Source: Carcharhinus longimanus (Eukaryota). From it: a stretch of 59,694 bases of DNA. Position numbers and translations under genes: made by a program. The stretch is from the NCBI GenBank assembly GCA_030264375.1, contig JASCQW010000032.1, positions 31,910,986 to 31,970,679 on the forward strand, written 5' to 3'. This document shows, piece after piece, positions 38,401 to 48,238 of this stretch (positions are counted from its first letter, which is position 1; every line of letters begins with the position of its first letter). The notes beneath the pieces were generated by a model. It saw only the letters and a list, made by a program, of their open reading frames with translations. It was not told the origin of the DNA and did no database searches.

Positions 38401-40102
38401 AGAATCAACAATCCCCAAAACCTCTGCCCGGATGTCTCTCGCACAACAAAACAGAAGCCAGCATCAAAAACAGATAGATAGTAAAAATTTTCAGGGACTG
38501 TGCTGCATTATCCTTCCCCATCCTTCAACTTTTGACATGTTTGGCTATACCAACCTCTTTCCAACATCTCTCATTCCTTGTCCATTTTTGGTGAAACTGC
38601 TTTTACTTGAGTCCACCATTAACTAATTGCACATAGCTAGAGTCTTTCCAGTAAAGGTTTCTCTTCTTTGCACTATATTTCAAAAATGTAGAGCTTACAC
38701 ACACAAGTAAAAAGTTCATAATCATGTCACGAATCTACTAACAAAGAATAAAGTTGTCTTATTTTTAATAACATAGGCACTATAATTCAACAAAACTTAT
38801 GAATAAATTACTTGAACAACCAAGGTCTTATTTTTCGCAACAACATGACAAGTGCATCACATGCCTGAGATGACACAGTGCAGTGTCTTGGCAGGCTGGT
38901 TTTACAACTCGGAAAGAGCGCAGAGCAGCTGTGAGGCCCTCCAATACCTTTTATAGCAATCGTAAACACAGATTTGTTCATTTCACTGTGATTAAGTTAA
39001 TGGTCTTAGATTGATCATTCACAGCAAGATTATATTAAAAAAAATGCAAGATCAAATCCAATAAAACTCTTGAGAATATGCCTTTTATTTATTGACATGA
39101 GCAGTTCATTTTATGCATAATAATTTTAGTAATAAGCCAAGTCAAATGAGAACTAACAACTCATTTTAAGACTAGTGGTTAGGTATAATAACAATGCTGT
39201 CTCAAACTAATGCAGTATATGCCATGATATTTTTATACTTGTGCAGTAGATATGGCCTAAACTGCCACAGAAAATTAAGATTTATTCATTTCAGTCTAAG
39301 CACCTTTTTAAACAGTGTGAGAAGTCTCAATTACTATCTGATACTGATAATTAGCTTTTATAAGTTTGGAATATTATTCCTTCAGCTTTCATTGTTGTTG
39401 GAGATCTAAACAAATAAATGTTTAAAAACTTTTCCTTTGTCTCAATCCAATCTTTCTTTTCCTTTTCAGTTCACTTCTGGTACAGAAATTGACATTGAAT
39501 TCAATATGCTAGCTTAACCTTTCCTGATTCAAACTTTGTACTGTTCATTAATTATATCTCAATTGATTCATAGTTATTTGCTCTGTTCATACTGGGCCCA
39601 GTTGCGTTGCAGAGGATCCCGTGTCATTTGGTCCTCCAACATACTGCAATCCTCAGTGACAAAGGTCTAGAAATTGCAACAGCATGCCATTTACTGTTTG
39701 GTGACACTAAATGCTGGTCTATCCCATAATACTATATACACAGACAAATATAGTAATTCAGCTCCAACCCTACTTTTGGCCTGTTCCAATACTCTTGAGC
39801 TAAACATTAAACAAATAAATGGCCCACTCCTATGTCTGAGCCGTGATTTGTCCCCAATTAATGATACACAATTACCATTCACCAATCCCACTTCAATCAC
39901 CTACCAACAATCAACATCTACAATAAAGTGAATCTTACAGGTTTCAAGTAAGCAGTACAGTGAAGGTTCCTGGGAGCTTGTCCTATGATGAGAAGTTGAG
40001 TCAATTGGGCGCATGTTTTCTGGAGTTTAGAAGAGTGAGAAGTGATACCATTAGCAATTCAAGATTCTGAAGGGGATTGACAAGATAGATACTGAGAACC
40101 TG

Positions 40103-40434
40103 GGACAGCTAGAACGGTATAATGGTTAGCACTGCTGCCTCACAACGCCAAGGACCTGGGTTCAATTCCGATCTCGGGTCACTGTCTGTGTGGAGTTTGT
40201 ATGTTCTTCCCGTGTCTGCATGGATTTCCTCCCAGTGCTCTGGTTTCTTCCCACAGTCCAAAGATATGCAGATTAGGTGGACTGGCCATATTAAATTGCC
40301 CCATAGCGTCAGGGAGATTAGCAGCGTAAATATGTGGGGTTACGAGGTTAGGGCCTGGATGGGATTGTGATCGGTGCAGGCCCGAAGGGCCAAATGTCCT
40401 CTTTCTGCACTGTAGAGGTTCTATGATTCTATGA
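40103..40434 (+). mobile_element. Full-length HE1-like SINE with TSD, inserted in a CR1 fragment (~39955-40475)
   Basis: aatggttagcactgctgcctcaca, B box gggttcaattcc, tail ttctatgattctatga. GAACCTGGG is repeated at 40096-40104 and 40433-40441. Confidence 0.92.
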
Positions 40435-40779
40435 ACCTGGGCACTGTCTCAGGATAAAGGGTCGATTATTTGGGACCTTGCCTCATGCCATCCCTGCTTA
40501 TATGTATTCTGCCTTAAGACATCCAAGAATTGTCACCTGGCCAAATACTGGTGAGGGAGGCTGAAGTTCTAGAGGGAGAACAGATGAGTAGGAAGAAGCA
40601 CATTGTCCTTCACTAACTCAGATATAGGCACTGCATAAACCTTAGAAAGTAGCGTGGGAATAGGATCTGCACATGGTTATGAGACAGGTTAAGAAGCAGA
40701 TGATGTGTCTGGATGTGGCATGAATGGCTGAATAGCAGCCAGATAAGTGCAAAGTGAAGGAATAAAGAAAAAAAATGAG

Positions 40780-41385
40780 ATGAGATTAAAAAAAAGCAAA
40801 GGGAAGCAAACAATATAAAGCAAAGTGGAGGCAGTGATCATAATCTTAAATTGCTGGACTCAGTATTGATTCCAGGAAGTTTAGAATGTTGAGTCAAATG
40901 ATGAGGTGCTGTTCCTCCAACTTGCTTTGAGTTTCATTGGAGGATCCTGTAAACCACACTGGATGAGGTATGGGAATGGAGGTTGGAGGGAATTACGGAT
41001 TCCATTTTCTTCTCATTTTATTCTTTGTTCCTTCAATTTTCATTAAGATTATTGCTATTTTACCATTCACACCTCTTCATCACACATATTTTGTTACTTT
41101 ACATGTCCCATTACAACTCTCTTTGGCTTTTGTACCATAGAATCTTGTGTCATTTAATTTCTCCCATCTTCCACCCTATCACAGACCACCTCTTTCATTC
41201 ATCCTTCTCCCTCCGCCCATTCACTTGCCCAAAGCCCATCACATTTCTACCTTTCCTCAGTTAAGAAAGATTATCAATCTGAAATGTTAACTATTTCTCT
41301 CTCCACAGATGCTACCTGACTGTTGAGTATTTCTAGCATTTTCTGCTTTAATTTCAGATTTGCAGCATCTGCAGTATTTTCCTTC
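40780..41385. mobile_element. Penelope-like element, second family: inverted endonuclease C-terminus (minus) plus 3' terminal repeat (plus)
   Basis: The minus strand at about 40845-40942 gives SNETQSKLEEQHLII*L (KLEEQHLIF.L motif). Plus 41257-41385 carries a decayed hammerhead and ctctccacagatgct...gagtatttctagcattttctg. Confidence 0.65.
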
Positions 41386-41535
41386 TGTAATGCCACCCCA
41401 CAAGAGGATGCGCAAGAATGATAGGTTGTGTGTAGTATGGATTGTTGGTCATTCAGATGGATAAAGTTGTATGCGTGTTTTTTTTTTCCTACTGAATTTG
41501 TTTTTGGGATTGTGGCCAACAAGGTGCAGTGATAA

Positions 41536-41738
41536 AGCTGAAATCTGAAACAAAAACAGAAAATACTGGAAAATCTCAGCAGATCTGACAGCATCTGTGG
41601 AGAGAGAATAGAGCTAATGTTTCGCGTCTGGGTCGCCCTTAATTAGAGCTGATGAAGGGTCACCCAAACTCAAAGTGTTGGCTTTATTCTCTCTCTGTAG
41701 AAGCTGTCAGACCTGCTGAGATTTTCCAGCATTTTCTG
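41536..41738. mobile_element. Palindromic non-autonomous element made of two inverted PLE terminal repeats
   Basis: cagaaaatactggaaaatctcagcagatctgacagcatctg...gaatagagctaatgtttcg pairs with gttggctttattc...gctgtcagacctgctgagattttccagcattttctg. The centre has overlapping decayed hammerhead cores (CTGATGA at 41649-41655). Confidence 0.75.
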
Positions 41739-42713
41739 AGGATGCTGCGATAGTCGGTCACAGAGGAACCATAAGGTGTGGAACCATTGAACAACAGAGA
41801 TCTGGAGTATCAGAACCTCACGATGTACATATTGACAGCTCACTTTGAACATGGATATGCTGGCTGCCTGCTTTCCCCTAAGGTGCCTGCCAAATCTTTG
41901 GACTGTAGCTTATGTAGCACTGAATCAATTAGGTTTCTCCTTGCACTGCTGAATGTCTAATCTTCAGGCTTTGAGCAGATAGATGATCATTCACTGTGAT
42001 CTAGGCCAGTGGTTTATTGACTGCTTGACATCAAACACAATGTGCAGAGTCCCCTAGTCGACTGCAGTTGTCAATTTTGGGAAAAACGGCATCCAATTTG
42101 AAAAGTATATCGTCCCCTTCTGGTTCCCACTCAAAATCATTTGCGTATCACCAAAAACAAAATCTGCCATGCATCAATGCAGTCAGGCTTTGAAAAATAT
42201 TCCTTGCTGCATTCATGTGTGCTAACTTTGGAAAGTTAGATTACTAAACCTGGAAAGGAGTTCATCACAAAAAAAAATTACCTGCGAGTGATCCAAATTT
42301 AAACGGCTGAGGATGACTTCAAAAAATATATACAAAACCAACTGCTAGTTAGAGTGGGGTACAACGGTCAGGTCCTTTATAAGTTAGATAGATTAAAATA
42401 AAACATGAAAAGCTGACTTAGTCGTGTCATTGTGCTGAACAGTTTTAGTTGCATTTTTGGAGTCTCTTTGGAGACCTGCAAACAAGTGCATTAGAGACTC
42501 CCAATTGTAATTAAATCATCCTTGAGGCACAGCCCATTCTGTGGATGGGTCCTGCTTTGTGCGATTTTGGACATGATTTGGGCTGAATGTAATTTGCACT
42601 TACATCGGTTATATTGATATTGGTAGAATTGTGTTGAAACAGTCAATACAGTGGAGCAAAGGTTCTGACATTATCAGCCCTGGCCCCACTGTTGCCCTCA
42701 GCTACACAAAAAC

Positions 42714-42940
42714 TGTCACATCTTGGAAACAGTGGCAACCACCAAGTGGAGTCACTGAAGAACTAATGATTACTAGGAATAACTAGTGCGTGAAAGACGT
42801 TACCAATTACTTTGACTCCAGTCTCCAGACTACCTGGGACAGCTCGCATTCAGCCTAGGATTCATGTGCTTTGGCCTGATTAGCCAAACAGGTCATATAA
42901 TCCTCTGAAACCACTTCCCTTAAAGGAAGTCGCAATTACA
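42714..42940 (-). repeat. Gypsy 3' LTR (227 bp, TG...CA)
   Basis: Aligns to 45712-45938 through shared atcttgga, accaccaagtg, attactttgactc.agtctccagac and gcctgatt.gccaaa.aggtca. Adjacent to the PPT. Confidence 0.85.
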
Positions 42941-43730
42941 TCACTCCCCCTTCAAGTCCCTTATTAACACCTCCCAAAAAAAGTTTAACTATTCACAATA
43001 TAATGCAATAAATTAATTCTTTAACACAGTTCATTATATGGCCAATCAGAGGATTTCCTTTCCCTCTGGAAGCAACGCAATTCAACAGGAGGTGCTTCAA
43101 CAGTTGGTCCAGATTTGGTTTGAATTTCTGAAATTAGACTTCCAGTTTGTCAAGGTGCATCAGTGCAGATCACTTCTCCAGTTCCCACTAGAACATAACT
43201 CCATCTTCCCTCAGGCTGACTTGTTCCATACTGCTTTCAACTGCAACAACATTACTGGTGTGCATACTCAGATCAGGCTGTCCCACTGGTTCTCTATGCA
43301 ACTCCCTTCTTCTCAAGTGCTCGAGATGCTTCTTCATAACTTTATCTTGAACTTCTACTTCATATGTTACCAGGCCCATCTTGGTCATGCCAACACCTGG
43401 GACCAACTCTGATCAGTCCTAAAGTTTTAGTATATTCTAGATCATCCACTTTGAATATTTCCTCAGGCTTTGTAGAATCATGATGTTTCTTTTGCACACT
43501 CTGCTTTGCCTTCACCCTCCATGTCAAATTTGGAAACACCAGGTCCAACCTGGTTCGAGTACGCCTACCCATCAGCAACTCAACAGAAGTTACTCCAGTG
43601 GTCATATTTGACGTCCTTCTCTAGATAATAAAGATGCTGTTGGTTGTTTTCTCATGGCTGTTTTGAAAGTTTGCACAGTCCTCTCAGCCAATCCATTCGA
43701 GGAAAGGTGTGGTATGCATATCCACATTAT

Positions 43731-44117
43731 AGAAACATAAGATTATGAAGGGAATAGATAAGATAGAAACAGGGAAGTTGTTTCCACTAGTGGGTGAAAC
43801 TAGAACAATGGGGCATAGCCTCAAAATAAAGGGAAGCAGATTTAGGACCGAGTTGAGGANNNNNNNNNNNNNNNNNNNNNNNNNNNNNNNNNNNNNNNNN
43901 NNNNNNNNNNNNNNNNNNNNNNNNNNNNNNGGCTATCTCATTGAATGTTTTTAAGGCAAGGATAGATAAATTTTTGAACAGGAAAGGAATTAAGGGTTAG
44001 GATGGGTAGGCAGATAAGTGGAGCTGAGTCCACAGGAAATCAGCCATGATCTTATTGAATGGCAGAGCAGGCTCAAGGGACCAGATGGCCTACTCCTGCT
44101 CCTAGTTCTTATGGTCT
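43731..44117 (+). mobile_element. CR1 3' fragment inserted in the Gypsy integrase
   Basis: ETYKIMKGIDKIE..KLFPLVGETRT.GHSLKI, and a 3' UTR ending cctactcctgctcctagttcttatg. Confidence 0.9.
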
Positions 44118-45551
44118 ATACGCTTAATGCCATTTGACTATATGAAATACTGTAATTCCTTGCTGGTAACTGCTGTCCCATTGGCTGAAACCAACACTGC
44201 TAACAAACCATAGATGGTGAAGGTTTGTCTTACCACTGTTGCAAAATAAGTTGTGGACTTCATTTCGTAGATGTCTAGCCATTTTAGGAGTACATCCACT
44301 ACACTTAGTAACATTATGCCAAAGAATAGGCCTACCAAATCACCCATGGCTGACTTGGCCACTCTCAAGGGTGGCTGATGGTAATTTTTGTTGTACCTGG
44401 CACTGGTTGCACTGTTTAACCATGCTATATCTGCTTCTAACATCATAGCTGCATCATCTTGGACATCCTTCAGTGGATACCATGTAGCTCCTTCAATAAT
44501 AACCTCCTGCCAGGTGTGGGGGCGACCACTCTCACTGCCCACAGAAGGACGTCATCTTCACAACTCGATTCATCCTTCCTGATTTGAAAATGTTTTAGTT
44601 GTTGAGACATTTTATTGTAACGCTAACCATGAAGAACCATATGCTGGACAATATTGTTTCCTTCTGAGTCCACTATTTGATCTGTTGCGATGACACAGAT
44701 AGTGATTTGAGGAAATTCAAGGCAAGGATAATTTTTTTGTAGCACTGGCGGAGAAGGAATTCTTTCTGAAATTGATATTTGCGTTCCCAGTCTGTATTGG
44801 ATGGTATATTCATAGGCAGCCATTAATAAAGCCCAATGCTGTATTCGTGCAGAAGCCATTGGAAGGATGGCTTTATCTTCTCTAAATAAGCCTAGCAGGG
44901 GCTAATGATCAGTAATTACGGTGAACTGTTGTCTATAAACATATTGATGGAATTTTTTTATCCTGAAAGATGATGATCAACCCACCTTTCTCAATCTGTG
45001 AATAAGCCTTTTCTGCATCAGTTAGGGTCCTTGAAACATAGTTGGTCTTTCTAACCCATCCTTCATTTCATGTGATAAAACAGCTTCATTTCCAAAAGGA
45101 GGTGTATCGTAAATAAGAATGATAAGGTCAAAATGGACTAAAAGGCAGGGCGACTGCAGGGCTTGTTTCACTTGAATGAAGGCTTTCTTTTTGCTGTGCC
45201 TTCCAGTACTATCTCTGGTGTTTTATAATAATGCATGTTGAAGTGCCAACATTGTAGACAAATTTTGGAATAAGCCTTCCATAATAATTTACTATTGCAA
45301 GAAAGGATTTTAACTCTCACACCCACTGCTTCTCCTCTCCATCTATCTGCTTTGAAGTAGTATTGCAATAATTCAGTAGTATTGAATCCAATCTTCTGAA
45401 TTAGGGTCAAATAACTCAAGCTTTCCTATTAGAGGCATTATGATAACTCACTAACTGCTGAATAGGTGTGCTTCCAATGATGCGTACACAAGGTGTGCTC
45501 TGCTGCTTCCCGTGGAGAATGGAAAGCACTTCATTAATTTTCCTTGCCAAA

Positions 45552-45938
45552 TTTAATACCCGGAATTTTCCTATCCCACCCACAACAGGAATCATGGCGG
45601 GTGGGGAGGGAATGGGAGGGGTGATGGAGGGCGCGGACCATGCAAAGTTCTGTTGACCTCAGGTGGCATTTTCTGGCTTTGGGGCAAGCACGGCCGGAAA
45701 ATGCCACTCAATATCTTGGAGAAAGTGGTGACCACCAAGTGACTAATGAAAGAATTATTTAATAGGATTAACTATATACACAGAATGAGAAAGATGCTAC
45801 CGATTACTTTGACTCAAGTCTCCAGACAGCCTGAGAGCGCTCATGCTCAGCCCCAGGATTTGTGCGCTTCAGCCTGATTGGCCAAATAGGTCACATGACC
45901 CTCTGAATCCTCATCTCTTAAAGGGCCTTGCTACTATA
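45552..45938 (-). repeat. Gypsy 5' LTR, interrupted by a MITE
   Basis: Homologous to 42714-42940 once 45558-45709 is removed. Adjacent to the PBS-like motif. Confidence 0.8.
45558..45709. mobile_element. 152-bp Harbinger-type MITE with AAT TSD
   Basis: Ends cggaattttcc / ggaaaatgcc. AAT at 45555-45557 and 45710-45712. Removing it restores the LTR end. Confidence 0.7.
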
Positions 45939-46194
45939 AGAGCCATCATCATTAATATTATTCATAAAATAATGTATCTGTGCTTTTTTATTTGTTCCCA
46001 GTCGCAGCTCCCAGTTCTGATTTTCACAGTGCAATCTCAGTAATAGAATTCCACAGCATCATAATGAAAACTAGTCCACTCATAATGGAGCTCTCAAACA
46101 CACAGTTTGTTCACAGAGTGATTGGAAACTCCTTGCCTGTTCAGTTGTAATGCACTATGGGTAAACATGATTCATTCTGTGTAATCATTCATTG

Positions 46195-46970
46195 AGTGTA
46201 ATCTCCACTCAAACTCTGTTCCCTCACTACTGACTCCATTCCTCTTCCTGGCAACTGTCTGAGATGAAGCCAGTCTGTTCACAATCTTGGTGTCACATTG
46301 GGTCCTGATGAGCTTCTGACTTCATATTCAGGCTGTCACTAATGTTATCTATTTCCATTTCCGTAACATCACCCGATTCATACTTCGATTCAGCTCATTT
46401 GTTGCTGAAACCCTTTCTCACATCTTTGTTACCTCTATACTTGCCTATTCCAATTCATTCTTGGCTAGTATTCTGCATTCTAACCCCTGTGAACTTCAGC
46501 TCATCCAAAACCGTGCAGACTGTGTCAGAATTTGCACTAAGTGCTCTTTCCCCATCACCCCTGTGCTGACCTACACTGTCTCCCATTCAGGAAACATTTT
46601 GATTTTAAAAATGATCATCCTTATTTTCTAACCCCTCCCTGGCCTCACCCTTCTATATTTTTGTAAGCCCCTCCAGCCCCACGGGCCTCACAGATATCTG
46701 GCGTTTCAACATCCCTAATGCTAATTGCTCCATTATTGATAGCCATGCTGCCAGTTGCCTAGGTCGAGAACTCTGAAATTCACCCCTACACAATTCTTCC
46801 TCTATTTCATTTTTCTCTTAGACCTCTTAAAAGTTATCTCTCTGATCAAGCATTTAGTCATCTAACATCTAGTCATCTTTATGTAGCTTGGTTTCATATT
46901 TTCTTTTTCAATGTTCCTGTGAGAAGCTCTGGATTATTATTACATTAAAGGCGTTAAAACATTGTTGTTG
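46195..46970 (+). mobile_element. L2 LINE 3' end
   Basis: Remnants VHNLGV, YFHFRNI, FVTSIL.YSNSFLA, LQLIQN, PITPVL.DLH, FDFK. Tail ttcctgtg...tacattaaaggcgt...gttgttg. Confidence 0.8.
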
Positions 46971-47539
46971 ATTACTGCAATGATCTTACTGAAGATGATT
47001 GCATCAGCATAATGTCCTTAGTTGTGGCATAATGATATCCTACACCTAACTGAAGCCTTCCTGTGTGTCTTTATCTTTGACCACTTGACATGCCTGGACT
47101 GTTGCAATAGTGGCCTGGCTCTTATAATCAAACCTCAGGTTGATCTGTCCCATTACTATTCTGGTACTCCTATCTTGAGCATCTCACTTTGTTCCATCCC
47201 TCTCATCTCTCCTCCTTTTTCTCTCACTAAATATCAAGCCTATTTTCTCCTTTAACATCTGTGCTAAGTGACTGCTTAGTGGGATGGGCACAGTAAGAAG
47301 TCCAACTGGTTCATTTGGAATCACGAGCTTTCAGAGCACCGCTCCTTCATCGGGTGAGCGGAGGTTAGTTCACAAATACATATATAAGCAAAGACACAAT
47401 TGCAAGATAATTACAGATTGGAATGTGAAGATCAGTTGGAATGGGAGTCTTTATAGGTAACCAAGTCTTTACAGGTATGAACAGTATGCCTGGAGAGAGG
47501 GATAAACCTGCTAGACTTTAGCCTGGTGTTCTTACTGTG

Positions 47540-47844
47540 ATGTGGGAATGCCGGCGTTGGACTGGCATAAACACAGTAAAAAGTCTGACACCACCAGGTT
47601 TTAGTCCAACCGATTTATTTGATAATACTCACAAGCTTTCGAGGGGACTGCCTCTTCGTCAGGTGAATNNNNNNNNNNNNNNNNNNNNNNNNNNNNNNNN
47701 NNNNNNNNNNNNNNNNNNNNNNNNNNNNNNNNNNNNNNNNNNNNNNNNNNNNNNNNNNNNNNNNNNNNGTCCCCTCGAAAGCTTGTGAGTATTATCAAAT
47801 AAATCGGTTGGACTAAAACCTGGTGTTGTCAGACTTTTTACTGT
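47540..47844. mobile_element. Young Penelope-like insertion with near-identical inverted terminal repeats around an N gap
   Basis: 47573-47648 and 47769-47844 are reverse complements with one mismatch seen. Flanked by TGTTCTTACTGTG at 47527-47539 and 47842-47854. Confidence 0.8.
47627..47668 (-). ncRNA. Minimal type I hammerhead ribozyme, intact core
   Basis: AUUCAC CUGACGA A GAGG-cagucc-CCUC GAAA GC UU GUGAGU. Stem I is 6 bp (one GU), stem II is 4 bp with G10.1-C11.1, stem III is palindromic AAGCUU, and the triplet is CUU. Confidence 0.8.
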
Positions 47845-47859
47845 TCTTACTGTGCCCAC

Positions 47860-48105
47860 TAACCTACAGACCACCCAATTTCTCATCGGTTCCCATACTA
47901 GCTAACATTGTTAATGGTCCTTTTTCAAGATTTGTCCTCTCATTCAAATCTGCCATCATTTTCCTATCATTCCTGGAACTCCATGTTTCAATCCTTCCAA
48001 TAAGGTTTCAGTCCCTGCCACAGCACCAAAACGGCTCTTATCAAAGTCACAAATAACATCCAATATCACTGTGACAAATGCAAACCATCGCTTTTGCTCT
48101 TTTTG
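47860..48105 (+). mobile_element. L2-type RT fragment
   Basis: YRP.NFSSVPILANIV and FQ*GFSP.HSTKTALIKVTNNI (HSTETAL motif). Confidence 0.6.
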
Positions 48106-48109
48106 ATTT

Positions 48110-48238
48110 AAGCTCTGACAAAAAATCATCCAGATTCAAAATGTTAGCTCTATTCTTTCTCTACTGATTCTATCAGAACTGCTGAGATTTTCCAGCATTT
48201 TCTGTTTCAGATTCCAGCATCCACAGTAATTTGCTTTT
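48110..48238 (+). mobile_element. Solo PLE terminal repeat (second family) with CpG-decayed hammerhead
   Basis: agct ctgacaa...atc atcca gatt caaaatgtt agct, then ctgctgagattttccagcattttctgtttcagattccagcatc. Homologous to 41536-41738. Confidence 0.7.

Larger units (their letters stand above)
42714..45938 (-). mobile_element. Ty3/Gypsy LTR retrotransposon, internally deleted (RNase H and integrase remain)
   Basis: Two diverged direct LTRs. PPT GAAGGGGGAGTGA (42941-42953) abuts TGTAA. PBS-like TTGGCAAGGA at 45541-45550. Motifs SRTLTDAEKAYSQIEK, KFHQYVY..QFTVITDH*PLLGLF, ASARIQHWALLMAAYEY.IQY, VVDVLLKWLDI and TTGVTSVELLMGRR.RTRLD. Confidence 0.9.
47286..47858. mobile_element. Older non-autonomous Penelope-derived element with inverted termini, hosting a younger relative
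   Basis: tgggcacagtaagaa (47286-47300) and ttcttactgtgccca (47844-47858) are inverted. The body is homologous to 34619-34745 and 35290-35500. A hammerhead with mutated core CCGAUGA lies at 47321-47357 (-). Confidence 0.75.

Noticed and set aside
40110-40180. tRNA-like A and B boxes as tRNA genes (also in the other SINE copies)
   Set aside because: They are SINE heads followed by the shared core and LINE-like tails, and no complete cloverleaf is seen.
46307-46313. Isolated CTGATGA as a further hammerhead or C/D box
   Set aside because: It sits in L2 coding remnant with no stem II, GAAA or stem I partner.
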